Shown: piece by piece, positions 27,224-40,918 of the stretch | How the letters are laid out: every line of letters begins with the position of its first letter | How positions within the stretch are numbered: the stretch's first letter is position 1 | Assembly: GCA_963693365.1 (NCBI GenBank) | Contig: CAVNZM010000007.1 | Span: 1,287,979 to 1,351,978 of the forward strand | DNA: 64,000 nt | Source of the DNA: Amoebidium appalachense | Taxonomy: Eukaryota > Protista > Ichthyosporea | Direction: 5' to 3' | Made by a program: the position numbers and the translations under genes | The notes under the pieces: generated by a model | The model's input: only the letters and a program-made list of their open reading frames with translations | Database searches by the model: none | Told to the model about the DNA's origin: nothing

Positions 27224-28181
27224 CTATTTCAGGCTGGTGCCATGAGTAGGCTCCTTGGTCGCCATACCACGAGACCCAGGGGCAGGGCGGTAGTCCTTGT
27301 CAGTGCCCAGTTTCGTGTCACGTGTAATCCCCAGCCCCTTCTCCGTCTCTCTCTCCACCTCCGCAGACGTCGCCCCCACCTGCCTTCTCCCAGCCACACT
27401 CTCACCGAGTCCCTCCTCCCCCTCCTGCCCCCCACCCCCCACACCCGCACCGCTCGAACCCACCACGTACGTGTTTGCAGGCTCCATGGGTGTTCCCCGT
27501 GCTTCCACCTTTCCCATGCGCCCGCCTGCGTGAAGTGAAGTCTGGCCACCGACCCACCCTTTCCCCTCAATCACGTGCTCCTCTTCTTTCTCTCCGGGCG
27601 GCAGCTTAATCTCTCTCCCTTTCTTCTCCCCCTCCCCGAGCTCACCCCCCCGTTTTCTTCTCCTGCTTGCTCTCCTCAGGAAACCCAATCCCCTTCACAG
27701 TTTTCTTCCCCTCCATGTCCACCGTGCTCTTGTCTTTCCCTCCCTCGCCAAAAAGCACCCTCCCCATCTCTCCCTCAACCGTCCCCGAGTCAGCCCCTAC
27801 ACGCAGCCCAGCCGTAGTGTCTTTTGGCCCACCCCCGCTTGCCACGGGAATACCCCCTTCTCCAACACCCACACCCGGGTCGGCCATAGAAAACGTCCCC
27901 GCGGCCTCAGAGGCACCCACATCATACAGCCCCTTCTCACCGACACATTTTCCCAGTTTGGTCGGTTGGCCCCCCTCGTGCACAAACTGGGAGTCGCGCA
28001 ACAGAACGGGCTTTCCCTCCTCCAGAAGTCCCTTTTCGCCCAAAGCACCTGTTTTTTCGGTGTGTTCGCGGCCGGCGTCACGCAGAGCACCAAGAGCCTC
28101 CTCCCCGCGGACGAATTTTGTCTTGTTGTCAACGTTGGGATAGTTGGGGTCGCTTGCTCGCACACCGCGTTGGGTAGCCAT
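27224..28181 (-). CDS. Gly/Glu/Lys-rich hydrophilic, probably disordered protein (~318 aa) with a frameshift at a G7 run
   Basis: ORFs 28181-27642 and 27688-27224 have the same composition and join (KTGGELGE) if one G is removed at 27645-27651. The region has no microsatellites. Confidence 0.65.
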
Positions 28182-30073
28182 GGTGAACTTCGAAAAGATA
28201 GAGAAAGAAAAGCGATATATATGTTATTGTGTATAGATGAAAAGAAAATGTTTGGTTCTGGCGGACAAAGAGCCAAATAGAGTTTTAGGCCACAAGAGTT
28301 ACTCTCGAATGTGTGTTTTGCGGGGTTGTTTTTTCCGCATTCGCATGCTGGCGGGCCCGCTCTTATCTTGCCATCAGTTGAACAGGTTTCGTGCTCTTCC
28401 GTTTTCCCTGTCATTTTTCTTGTGAATTGCATATGATTTCTTCTGGTGAACGATAGCAAACTAAACCCACGCACTTGTATCATGGACTGTTTTTGCTCCA
28501 TCAGTCAGTACACGGCGAACATATACAGGCATATGAAAAACATGTGTGTGCAGGATCATGGTGTAAGCAGGTGTAAGCCATGACCTACTATTGTATGGGA
28601 GGTGCTTTTTGCCCAAATGCTGCCCACGCTATGCACTATAATTATAGATAGATAGTCTCTCGTATGCATCTCCTTGAATAAGCACAGTGGTGGTTTGGTC
28701 ACCTTTTTTATGTACGCCCGCCTACACCTGTCGGCACTATGTACACAACTACTCAGCAGTCAGCTTCCAATTCGATGAGTCTAGACGCAGGAATGTATTC
28801 AAATAGGAGAGAATAGATCTAGATCCAGCCAATAGATGCGACAAATAGATTCAATGGACTTTTTGTGAGTAACGTCGGCAGGATAAGCTTTTTCCCATGG
28901 CATCACATTCACCTGTCACCACTTTGACCAAACCTAACCATGGGCTCTCGTGGCGGGTCATTTTTTTCATTGTGCGCTGTTCGCTCGTAAGCACTGTGCC
29001 GATATTAATCATTTGTGACATTCCCAAATTTAGTGTCTGTGTAGACATCTACACTAACTAGCAACAAAAGTGAATATACCCGTGCCACATTTTTTTATAT
29101 TTTTTTTTGCGGAGCTTGACAACTAGCTAGGTGACTAAACAGTATCGCATTTTTCTTCCGTATGCATCGACGTTTGTGTGTCGCTGGAGCTTCATTTTTG
29201 AATTCGCAGCGTGAGGGATTTTACAGCGTTACGAAGGTGTGAAATCTCTTTCAACTCGTTCACCTTTTTAAGCTTGTTCTTACTGTGTGTTTTGAATCGC
29301 GCGTGTGTGGGCAGTGTGTACATATGTGTGTGGGTAGTGTAAGTGTTATACCGTGTGTAGCACTAGGACGGTGCTCGTGTGTGTGTGTGTGTGTGTGTGC
29401 CCGCGCGTGCGTCCGTTAGCGCGTTTATATGTGCTTTTAATGCACTTAGAAGCTTCCGCGTGTGTTACTGTGTGCGTGTGTGTCTGTGTGTGCCTGTGTG
29501 TGTGTATGTGTGCAACCGCGCGTGTGCGTATGACGATGATTTGTGACACCGTTGTGTGGGAGTAATGTGTGTGTGTGAGTGTGAGCCTCCACGTGCGTGT
29601 GTGCCAACGATGGTGTATGTATATAAGATTTGTGTGTACTGCATGTGTGCGTGTGCGTGCGTGCTATGGTGGGCAGTACTAGTGTTTGTGCTAGCAATAA
29701 ATGTCCCCCCTCCGTTTTCCTCCCTTATTTTTCTCCCTGGGGAACAGAGATGGCTTGCTTCTTCAACAGTTGCCTCCTCGTTTCTATACCCCCCCCCCCC
29801 CCTCCTCTACGTCCCCCTTCCTCCCCCCCCTCCCCCCCCCCCCCCCCCCCCCCCCTCCCCCCCCCCAACTTCTGCAACCCCTTCGGAGGGCACTGCTCTG
29901 TGCAGTCTTTGTTTTACATCTTAGTTATTACTGCAATAAAAGTGAGTGTTCGCCTTAAACTTTATTACTCACCTCCCCCCTCTCCCTCTCCTCCCCCCTT
30001 GAGGGCCCCACCCTGCCTGCCCGCCGGCCCGCCTCCCTGGCCCTCCCCTCCCTCCCTGGAGCCCAACATCTCT

Positions 30074-30166
30074 TTGCTCGGGTTCCACATTCGCTATTTA
30101 CCCTCCTATTTTTGCTCCACGAACCTCAAAATGTATTATTACCTACCATCCCATATACCGTCTGTC

Positions 30167-30203
<37 letters not shown>

Positions 30204-30400
30204 TCCCTCCCGTCCCCTTCCCTCCGCGCCCCCTTGCTCGGGTTCCACATTCGCTATTTACCCTCCTATTTTTGCTCCACCAACCTCAAAATGTATTCTT
30301 ACCTACCATCCCATATACCGTCTGTCCTGTGCCCCCCCCCCCCCCCCCCCCCTCCCCCCCCCCCCCCTCCCCCCCTCCCTCCCGTCCCCTTCCCTCCGCC
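30074..30400. repeat. ~160-bp tandem duplication
   Basis: TTGCTCGGGTTCCACATTCGCTATTTACCC...ATACCGTCTGTCCTGTGCCC starts at 30074 and 30234. Confidence 0.9.
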
Positions 30401-32724
30401 TGTCTCCCCTCGGGTTCCCCGGCCCCATCTTCAACGCTATTCAATGGCGCACACACAGGCTGTCAGGATGAACACGTCTCAGCACATCCAATGCATGTCG
30501 TGGGCAGCCGGCCAGCCTGAGGGCGTGCCCAGAGAGGAAGAAGGGTTTGAGGGGACAGATGCGTGTGCGGCTGTAAGAGATGTGGGGGAGAGCCACGAGT
30601 GTGTGCACGTGTGTGTCCAGCATGCTGCACGTCCTGTTGATGATGAGAGTGCGTGTTCCCCCTCCTCCTTTCCCCCCTTATTTCCCACCATCCCACCATG
30701 ACGTGGAAGTTGAAGTGAATTTTTCCCACTCTCCCTCCTACTCGGGGTTGCAATACTGCCCCCCGTCCCCCCCTCCCCTCCCCCCACACCCCCCGGGTTA
30801 AAGGGGGGGGGGGGGGGGTTAATCACTCAGGACATGATGTCCCACAAAACACACAAACATGCACGGGCACACACACCTATATGTACACGCGTGCACATAC
30901 ACACACACGCACACACTGGCGCGCGCGCACGCACACACACACATGCAAACGCGCGCACACCGCAACGTGAAACCCTCCCCCCGGCATTCGCAACCCCCAC
31001 CTTCCCCTCCCCCCCCCCCTCCCCCACACACACACCGTGACACACCCCAAATAAAAAGGAAAACCGAAAAGAACTTAAAAAGTGTAGAAAAAAGAGAATT
31101 TTAAAGGGAAAATGTCACACGAGACCCCCCCCCCCCCCCCCAAAAAAAAAAAAAAAAAAAAACAAACACACACACACACACACACACACACCTGTCATGA
31201 TTCCGTACACCATCAATGATCATGATTCCGTACACCCTATCATGAAATCTCCGTCCTGGGCCTTCCCCTCCCCGCTCCCCCCACCCCCCCACCCCCCCCA
31301 CCCCCCACCCCCCCCCCCCCCCCCCCCACCCCCCACCCTTCCAACCCCCCCAACAATATGGTAAAGATATATTTAAAGGTTATGTCACAGTGCTGGAGGC
31401 AGCCACCCTCATGCCCCCCGACATTGTGTGTGACCCCACGGCTGCCCAATCGGAGCCTATTGTGGGCACTGATGCCTGCCCGGCCGTGCACGAGGGGGGG
31501 TCTCCATCCCCCTAGAGCCTACCGTATATGGCAATGGGTGAACACGGTTGCAAACAAGCGGGCTGGCAAGTTAGGCCGAGGATGGCTACTTCTTTGACTT
31601 GACCGTTTCGTTTTATGTACTGTACATATTATAGGGGTATCACGGACTGAGTCTGCGTGATTGGTGTGACAGTGCGGTGACGCGGCTACCATGTGTATGC
31701 GCGTACGGTGCGAAATCTCACTACGAGCACGTTGAGCACGTGGCACTGTACTCAAACAACCTTTGTTGTCACTGGGCCGGCAGTGTAAGTTTTTGGAATA
31801 AAGTGTAGAGAGAGTCTCCCTGGCAAGCCGAAAATCGGATTAAACATCCCCCCCCCCCCCCCCCCCCCGTTCCGCTTTCGGGCAGCAGAGAGAGCTGCAT
31901 GGTGTCACAAGTTAGCTTAATGGGACTCCCCTCCCCCCCTTCCCCCCCCCCCCCCCCCTCTCTCCCCCCCATCCCCCCCCCCCCCCCCCCCCCCCCCCTT
32001 CTCGGCGCGGGGGGAGCCTCCTTTGCCTAAATTTCCCAATCCCTCTCCCCGAAGTCAAATGAATCCATATGGACGATGTTAAACAACTGTTTCGTAGTAG
32101 GGATGACTTGGAGATCAAGATATTTATGGCATGCACTGAGATCTAGAAAATTCGGTTGTCAAACAGGTGAGTCACATAAATCCTAAAGAAAGTTTTTGGT
32201 GTCCAATGCTTTTTAACCCTCTCACTACTATGACACTGCCGTACAATATACGTATGGGTGTCTCTGACACTTTTTTCACTAATTTGCTCTGTAGTTACGA
32301 CCTGATGTTGTGACATCGTGCGCTTGTGCGTGTGCACGCGCGTGTTTTCTCTCTGTGTGAGTCTGTGCTTGTGTGTGTGTGTGTGTCGTGTGTTATTGCC
32401 ACCATCTACAAACATTTCTTCTACTTTGTTCCTTAACGTGCGAACGGAAGTGCATTTACGTTTTTGACTGAATACTGTAATAGAACACTTAACCCTCACC
32501 TCCCCCCCCCCCCCCCCCCTCCCCCTGCCCTCAGTCACCCCTACCATTTCACCCCAAGCTCGGATGCACGTGGTGAGGACGTACTTCATATTTGCTTGGT
32601 ATGTGTTTGATTGAGTCACACATAACCCCTTTATTGGCTTAAATATCTGAGGGATCCCCGTGTGGGTGTGGGTTTAAAGTCAGCAGGTGCAGGAATGTGG
32701 AGAAATCAACGAAAAGGGCTCACC

Positions 32725-32864
32725 GGAGAGAGAGAGAGAGAGAGAGGGGGGGGAGGGAGGGAGGGAGGGAGGGAGGGAGGGAGGGAGGGAGGGAGGGAGG
32801 GAGGGAGGGAGGGAGGGAGGGAGGGAGGGAGGGAGGGAGGGAGGGAGGGAGAGAGGGAGAGAGG

Positions 32865-32899
<35 letters not shown>

Positions 32900-32920
32900 T
32901 GTGTGTGTGTGTGTGTGTTT
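32725..32920. repeat. Compound microsatellite (GA)n-(GGGA)n-(GA)n-(GT)n
   Basis: Directly visible in the sequence. Confidence 0.95.
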
Positions 32921-33415
32921 TGTGGGGAAGGGGGGGGGGGGGGGGGTTAAAACGTCAAGCCAATAGACTCTCACCTCTGTGACGGCTTGCATTCAAGTTT
33001 GCTTTATACCCCCCCCCCCCCCCCCCCCCCCCCCGGCCCCCGCCTGCCGTTTGCACACACTCACACACACCACGCACACGTGTACACACACACCCATGCC
33101 GACACGCTTTCCAGTTTTGAGCCCGTTCTCGCTCTTCCTCCCCATCCATCTGTTTCCATACACTATGATAGCATAAATCCCTCTTGACATTTGTCACTTC
33201 CACGAATAAGCATGTCGTTTTGTTTGGGAAAGTTTTTTGCCCTTCTTATAATCACACTTCTTTGAAAGGCAGTATCTTTTAAACATCATAATGATTGGTC
33301 AATATTGCACAACACGTGGTATGCGTAATACCACCGTCTTTTATTTGTAAACCCTCCGCCCTAGCCCTCCGCCCAATCAACCAAAAGATTTTGTCGACTA
33401 ACGAACCAATCACAG

Positions 33416-34465
33416 ACGATGTGAACGAGTGTGCACGTGACGTAGATGGCTGCCATGTGAATGCCACGTGCACAAACACAGACGGCAGCTACACGTGGGC
33501 ATGTGTGCCTGGGTTTGTGGGCGACGGGAAGAGGTGAGTGTGTGTGGTGGTGGTGGTGGTGGGGGGGGGGAGGACTTGGTGTTTGTGTGTGTTGGGGGGG
33601 GGGGGGAGGGGGGAGGGAGGGAGAGGGCCTTGGTATGTGTGTGTGTGCGTGCGCGCGCGCCTGAAAGTGCCAGGATCGGGAGGTGTGGAGGGGGGGATGG
33701 GGGGGGGGGGGGGGGGGGGGGGGGGGCGCGCGGCGGCGGGGGGGGGGGGGGGGGGGGGAGGTTGGTTAAATACTGCTGTGCTCCAGGCATCATATTCCCC
33801 CCCTTTCCATCTCTCCCCCCCCCCCCCCCCCTCCCCCCCCCCCCCCCCCCCCCACACACACCTAACATGACCCACCACCACCAACACCACAAACAACGAC
33901 AACACTACCTTCACCCTCCACGAAAAAGAATAGAGGACAGAAAGCAAGGAAACCTTGGTCGATTCTTTCTTCCTTCCCAGCCGCTCCCATTGCTCTTCAC
34001 CCAATTCTTCTGAGGGAAAAAGAATCTCCTCAGCCATAGTTTGAATGCCCTATGCATGGTCATTGATCTTGATTTCTATTTCTATCTTTAGGCATTTATA
34101 CAAAGTTTGTTTTCAGGGTTTCCCCACTCTTGTGCATTCATCCCGCCTGCCCTTTCCATGTGTACCACATTGTGATCACCCCCCTCCCCCTTCCTCCTCC
34201 CCTCCCCCCGCCCTGCCTCACCGCTTCTCCCTCCAGGCTGACCCTTCTTGGTTTGCGCCTCTAAAAATAGATATAGTATTGAATCTCACAATGATGTCCA
34301 AACTCACATCCACTGGTTACAGGGCATGCACACCCACACTCACACCCACGGGCCACACTCACATACACCTACTGACACGCATATACACAGCCACACTCAC
34401 ACATGTACACACACACACACACACACACATACACACACACACGCGCACGCACACGCAAACACGCG

Positions 34466-34529
<64 letters not shown>

Positions 34530-34581
34530 AACAGGCACACACTAGCAAGCACACCACGTGTGTGGGTGTGTCCATACACAT

Positions 34582-34613
<32 letters not shown>

Positions 34614-34786
34614 ATACACGTACGCACACGTACGCAGCCTTGACTCCAACAACAACCACCTCTGCACCGATCGTGTCAAATCCTGCACCAATCTCACCAA
34701 TTGCGTCTACCCCTACACCGATTACGTCCGGAACAACACCACAAGAGATCACACCAAACCCCGCCCAGCAACCAAATGCACCAATG
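33416..34786 (+). CDS. Partial gene or pseudogene: calcium-binding EGF exon plus Ser/Thr/Pro mucin-like exon
   Basis: Exon 33416-33533 [38 protein letters not shown] (CTAAC branch site, CAG, GTGAGT donor). Exon 34638-34786 [27 protein letters not shown]. The phases do not join directly, and the start and end were not resolved. Confidence 0.65.
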
Positions 34787-35507
34787 GTATGGCCCGGATG
34801 TCTCAATACCAACTAATCATTCGCCGTTTCCTTATCAAACCCCATCACTCCTGCGGCAATACGCCTAACCAAGAAAAACGGAAATTCCAAACAAAGTCTG
34901 AAACTTTATATGGATCTTACGTAAAAGGAAGTTCTAGTGGGTCCTATTGCATCGTGATCCACACTGAATCGGTGAATCGGGGGGGTTTTTCTACAAATGT
35001 AACCACCCACATTCGTCACTGATCAGCACCTATTGTCCCGATTTGGGGTTGATTGCCATATCCGGTAAGGTGGTGAAATTCAGTTTCAAACTCAGTGCCG
35101 GCTAGTGCCGAGCATATCTATTCCAGAACCCCCCTGCACTGTGAATTTTTCGGGCCCAAGTTTCCTCGCTCACAACCGGATTTTTGCTTAAGGAGGATGC
35201 AACACCAGCCAACCGGCAGGTTAATGTCACGTGCCCGGATAAAACCTTATCATTGATTTGCAACAAAAGGGAGAATATTTAAGGTGAGCCCTCAAATCAT
35301 CCCCCCCTCCCCCCCCCCCCTCCCCATTTTCTGCACTACCACCCTCCCTCCCTCCCTCCCTCCCCCCCCCCCCCCCCCTCTGCTTCACACATGCGCATAC
35401 CCCTCCGCCCTCCCCCCTCCCCTCGGCCCCCCCCGCCCCCCTTTCAATCTCAACCCCCACTCAATCTCAACCGCGCCCCATACACACACACACACATTCA
35501 CAGTGCG

Positions 35508-35546
<39 letters not shown>

Positions 35547-36672
35547 TGGGGGAGATGGTTCTGGGATAGATATACAAGGCATCCGTTTTTCTTCATATTT
35601 TTCCTAGCCCTTGCTCATGCAACACTGACGATCACTTAACTGCACACATCACTCAGTCTTGTTTTCGTTAATTCCATCACGTCAGCACCTTTATTGTTTT
35701 CAGCTTTTGTATGCCGTGGATTTCAGTTGTCTTACCTATCTCCTCTTTACCACGATACACAGAGAGGAACAAGAGTCGCCGGGCGGGTGGGTTTGGGTGG
35801 GGGCGGGGGAGGGGGGGGGGGAGGGATCTGAAAATATTCAAAAGGAATCGTGGTTTTTTCTATGATAAAAATCGTTCACGTGGATGACTCTGGTTGGGAT
35901 GCAGCTATTGGCTTACGCTTCTAGGTGTCTGTACTGCAACACGAACTGACACACATACACACGCGCGCACGCGCACGCGCGCACACACACACACACACAT
36001 GCACACACACACACCCGAGCACATGTCTGGCTGGCTGCAGCTTCCAAACAGCACCGACCAATCGGATGGAAGCATGTTGTTCTCCGTAGAGCGCATGGTT
36101 TAACGGGGTAGACAGGTACTCTCATTTTGTTTTTTGTTTTTCTCTTCACCAGGTCACGCAAGCAGTGAATATATTATTATATACGTAACTTGCACTCTAC
36201 TAGGTATATAAACTGACACGTACTAACGGTGTCACGCGCCATCTCGGCTCGTCGACGGCGGCCGATTTTTCCTTCCTTCTTCGCAGCCCGCAGTCTTTTT
36301 TCTTCGCAGCCTTCCTTCTTCGAATTCGCAGCAGTCACTTCGCGTACACAGATAAGCATTGTCATTACTAGCGGGATATTTCTGCTGAGGTAGGAAGGAA
36401 AATGAGGCACCACCTCAGTAGGTGGTAGGTATATAAATGAAATGAATATCGTGATGTGCCTGCGGGCCTCTCTTGCACTCCTTTCGGTTTTATATAAAAC
36501 GATATGTCCTATCAAATGCCAAATTTGTGGTCCTAAACGGGCTTGTAGGTTCGGATCATTGAATGAAGAGTGTCAAAGTGAATTTGGATGATGCGGTGTT
36601 GGTTCTGGTGTGTATGTGTGTGTGTGTACCCGTGTGTGGGTATTTGCTGGGTGGATAAGTGGGTAGATTTCT

Positions 36673-36726
<54 letters not shown>

Positions 36727-38189
36727 GCAGGGGCACTTATTCGTTTGGAATTGAATAACTTTAAATCGATCAGCGAAAAGAAACAGGTATTTTACAGATC
36801 CTATCTGACGTGTGAAAGTATTTTTAAGGTATCCAAACAATATTTATGGTGTTTTCTGGTTAGTAAATGACCTTTCAAACCTTCCATATATGAGTAGCTT
36901 CACCAGCTGCAGGTGCATCCCATAATTATTTTTTTGGCTTATTCTATCTGATACACATGTTACTTTCGAAATTGCTGGTAGTAAAATGCACGAAGTGAAG
37001 GTCTAAATACCGAGATCCCGTCATGGGGAACTCAAACGTAGGGGCACCATTCACATTATCGATTTTGCACAATTTTCATATATGGGTGATCCGATCGAAC
37101 CGGTTTCGATCTAGGTCAATAATACATAGCCTTTGGCAAAAGGTTTTCCCAGTACACGTAGGGGCAACCGGCGCCGTATACCCCAACGCCCCATCCCCCC
37201 CGCCCCCCTCCTCCTGCCCCCACCCCCCGGGCCATCTCCCCCCCCCCCCCCCCCCCCATAGTAGATGGAGATGGCCCGGGGGGTTTTCATACACTCTCTA
37301 TCGTAGGAATTATTCAGACCCCCCCCCCCCCCCCTTTCCTCCTCCTCCTCCTCTCCCAACCTTTCCCACCGTCCAGCCCCGTGAATTTTGTTATACGTGG
37401 CAAATCTGTGTGTGTGTGTGTGAGTGTCGCCGGGGCTGTGTGCGTGTGTGTGATCTGTGTGTGTTGGGGGGGTGGAAGAGGGGTGGGGGGTTTTTTCTTC
37501 TTTTTTTTGTGGGGGGGGGGGGGGGGGGGGGGAGAGGAGGGAGAGAGGGGGCACCCCCAACACACACACACGTCGTCTACCCACCCACACATCACATTTT
37601 GATTTGGACGGGAGAAAAGGTTGGAAAGGAGGTCTATCCACCCACACATCACATTTTGATTTGGACGGGGGGAAAGGTTGGAAAGGAGGGAGGGTGGGGG
37701 GAGGGGGAGAGGAGGGACAGGGGGGGGGGGGGCAGGGCAGAGGGTTGGCATTAGATCCCCATATCGAAGATCAAACATCTCAAGGATGTGTGATTTTCCA
37801 CCAATCAGAGCAGCTGGATTCCGGAGTTGAATCTTTAAAGGCTTTGCTGGGTACTCAAAGCCAATCATGTGTTCCTGCACAACGTGATCTGCCCCCCCCC
37901 CCCCACAACAACAACCCTAGGGCGCTATCGGCCAAAGTGTATGTGTGTGTGTGTGTGCGCGCGCGCACGCACGCGCGGGCATGCACATATGTTTTCAATT
38001 GGGACCGTGGGTCATGCTTGCGACCAGCATGTTCAAAAGGGCTTTACCTGCCCGTTGTAATCACTCCCCCCCCTCCCCCCCCCGCCCCCCCCTCCCCTCT
38101 CCCTCTCCCCCCCCCCCCCCCCCCCCCCCGCCTCCCTCCCTCTCAGGCTTCAGTGTCCTACACGTATCATCCACCACCGTGGGGTGGGT

Positions 38190-38280
<91 letters not shown>

Positions 38281-38774
38281 GTTGCTTAGAGGGTCGAGGT
38301 GGGGTTGGTGTTCAAGTTTGGGGTTTGGGGTTTGAGGCCTTATTTTTTTATTTTTTTATTTTTGGGGGGGGGGGGGGGGGAGGGGAGGGGGGGGTGTTGG
38401 GACAGGGGGGACATGCTACACCAGATGAATGTTCGTACGGTTTGCCCCATATTTCCTGCACATAACCCAGTTGGGGAATTATTTTATAATATAGAAATAC
38501 ACAACCAATCTCATTTGAAAGTAGGCATAACAAACCACGGTCAAGTGAAGGTGCGCACCCAGGACCGGCTGGGAAAAGAATTTTTAAAAAGTTGCCGACT
38601 GCCAAATCTAAAACCACATAGAGACAGACTTCTGCCAATAGCCAAGGAATGGGAAAATCTATAAAAAAAATTCCAAAAAAAAGGCGAAAAACCACCCAAG
38701 CACACTTGTGTGTGGATGCAGGCCGGTGTCAATATGAATCCGGCGAGTGTGAGCTTGTGCCCGCGTGCACGTGT

Positions 38775-38816
<42 letters not shown>

Positions 38817-39004
38817 TGTGTGGGCGTGTGTATGTGTGTGCGTGCACACATTTGAGAAGGTGCGCGATTAATAAAGAGAGGGAGACTCGATAAAAAAAGC
38901 CAGCAAGAGGACACCACGTCCTATCCCTGTGCATGAAACCAACACGAAACCTAACCAACACAACACAACAAATACAATCCTTTGAAACACACTACGAAGC
39001 ACAC

Positions 39005-40918
39005 TTAATAATCCTTCCCATAGAGCCAAACAGGCATCACATCCTTCCCCTCCACATCCACCCCCATCTTTGCCGCCCCCTTTCCAGGTTTAGGCACAGA
39101 CACATCCCTATTCGCAAAAACACGCACAACGGTATCTGCCTCTTTCACGCTCGTTTCCATGCTAACAACCCCCCATTCGCACAACATCTCCTTGATACCA
39201 TCTGCGACCTCCCCCCACCTCGTCCCCAAAAACACCCGCTTGGTAACTTTCGTCACTTTCGGCACGCTAACAGTAATGTATCCCTCGGAACACACCGTTT
39301 TCCCCGGGAACTTCCTTAATCCCTCCTTCACTTTTTCCAATTCCCTCTCTGCTGTGCGTAATTGCGCCGTGCATGTCACCAGCAGCGTGCCAATGTCACA
39401 ATGGCGCGGAATGCTTGGCGCCGCAGTCACTTTCCCTTTGCTAGGCGTTATTCTCACCACCGCTTTGCTCGCTTTGCCACCTGTTTCCGCGCATCTCAGA
39501 ACATGGGGCACTATACTAAACCCGAAGTCCAGCTTTTGCTCCAAAATTCTGGTAAAACGATTTCCTTCAATAAGCGCCATGGCGGCATCCTGATCTACAA
39601 TAGTCCGTGTGCGTGGTTTCTGCTCATAAAGACGAACCGACCCTCTCGTTTCATTTTTCTTCTGAACATACGCCGTTTGTTCATATGCCGCCGCTTCCGC
39701 ACGTGGTTCGATGCTCATGGGCAATGTTTGCGCTTTGGCTTGCCTGCACAGGGAAACAATCTCATCCACCTCGTGTTGTGTCAGAAACCGCCCATGTTCT
39801 TCGCACGACAAATGACAAATGCTCTTGTAGACATCATCCGTCGGTGTGTCTCGTGCCAACTGCTGTAACTGCTCCCATATCGACTCTGGAAACCCAAACC
39901 GACGACGTGTCTGTTCCAGCAAAAAATCGGTCTTCTTTGTGTGCATGTCGTACAGAAGCGAACGCAGGCGACGGCGGAAGAATAATTTGTCGCTGCACAC
40001 CATGGCTAGGCGACGACATGAACAGGCCAGGGAGAAGATGTCTTTGATGGGCAAAAACGAAGCAATGTGCAAGAGGAGATTGTCGTCCAACCGCAGAAGA
40101 AGGGATGTTTCAAACGTGGTCTCTGTTGACAGATTTTCATGTTCTTTGGAACCGGTCTCATCACTCTCACCACCAGTGAAACTACCGTCCGATGGGTGTT
40201 CAGGATTGCAAATGGTAGATTCTCTCAGGCCTGCGTTTCCGTCTACACCGACTGATGGTGAACTTTTCTGCTGCTGCACGAAAATACGTTCTGGCTGCTT
40301 AGCTTGTAGCACAGCCACACTGAGAGGCTCCTGTGCCTGCGAGTCATCGATGTGGTACAGCGCCCGCAATTTCTCAGCAGCAGCAGAAAGCTCCGACATG
40401 GTGAGATTGGTGTATCCCGAGTGACCGGGTATCGTGACTCTTGTAACCGTTTCCGGATGTTCTTTGATTTCGGGCGACGACACGAAGGGGCCGCCTGAAA
40501 TGGAAACCTGCTCTGCGGCAATTGCAACGGGGAGCACATCCTCCTCTGGTAGTTCAGACGCTGTCGAGGACGCCTCGTTGAACTCATCGTCACTTTTCAC
40601 ACTCGGATGTTCAATGTTCGTTTCAGCAGGGGCAGCGTCAGCTTCATCTTGGGTACTTTCCTCAGAAGAAAGTGTCTCAACAGAACGAACAAAATGTGCT
40701 ACTTTCTTCCTGATGTCATTGAGGCGCTTTAGCTCTTCTTGAAGTCTTTTGCGTAAGCCAGTTTTTTCCTTGACTGTCTGCTGCAAACGGCAAGCTCGCT
40801 CCGCGAGTTGCACCCGCTCGGGCGTGCTGTCATCATCTACACCGACCTCTATGCGTGGTCGTTTTGAGGCTGGCTCGTGTATGGAACCGAACGACAAGCG
40901 TGCCTGCTTCATGTTCAA
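39005..40918 (-). CDS. Intronless 637-aa F-box protein with N-terminal NLS-like and coiled-coil segments
   Basis: Long uninterrupted ORF. F-box-like LLRLDDNLLLHIASFLPIKDIFSLACSCRRLAMVCSD at ~40100-39985. KRPR motif and heptad-like LRKRLQEELKRLNDIRKKV near the N-terminus. Confidence 0.85.
   Translation of the reverse strand: MNMKQARLSFGSIHEPASKRPRIEVGVDDDSTPERVQLAERACRLQQTVKEKTGLRKRLQEELKRLNDIRKKVAHFVRSVETLSSEESTQDEADAAPAETNIEHPSVKSDDEFNEASSTASELPEEDVLPVAIAAEQVSISGGPFVSSPEIKEHPETVTRVTIPGHSGYTNLTMSELSAAAEKLRALYHIDDSQAQEPLSVAVLQAKQPERIFVQQQKSSPSVGVDGNAGLRESTICNPEHPSDGSFTGGESDETGSKEHENLSTETTFETSLLLRLDDNLLLHIASFLPIKDIFSLACSCRRLAMVCSDKLFFRRRLRSLLYDMHTKKTDFLLEQTRRRFGFPESIWEQLQQLARDTPTDDVYKSICHLSCEEHGRFLTQHEVDEIVSLCRQAKAQTLPMSIEPRAEAAAYEQTAYVQKKNETRGSVRLYEQKPRTRTIVDQDAAMALIEGNRFTRILEQKLDFGFSIVPHVLRCAETGGKASKAVVRITPSKGKVTAAPSIPRHCDIGTLLVTCTAQLRTAERELEKVKEGLRKFPGKTVCSEGYITVSVPKVTKVTKRVFLGTRWGEVADGIKEMLCEWGVVSMETSVKEADTVVRVFANRDVSVPKPGKGAAKMGVDVEGKDVMPVWLYGKDY

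Noticed and set aside
36177-36515. Basic minus-strand ORF (SKKEGCEEKRLRAAKKEGK)
   Set aside because: Isolated, contains a short internal duplication, and no partner exons or domain were found.
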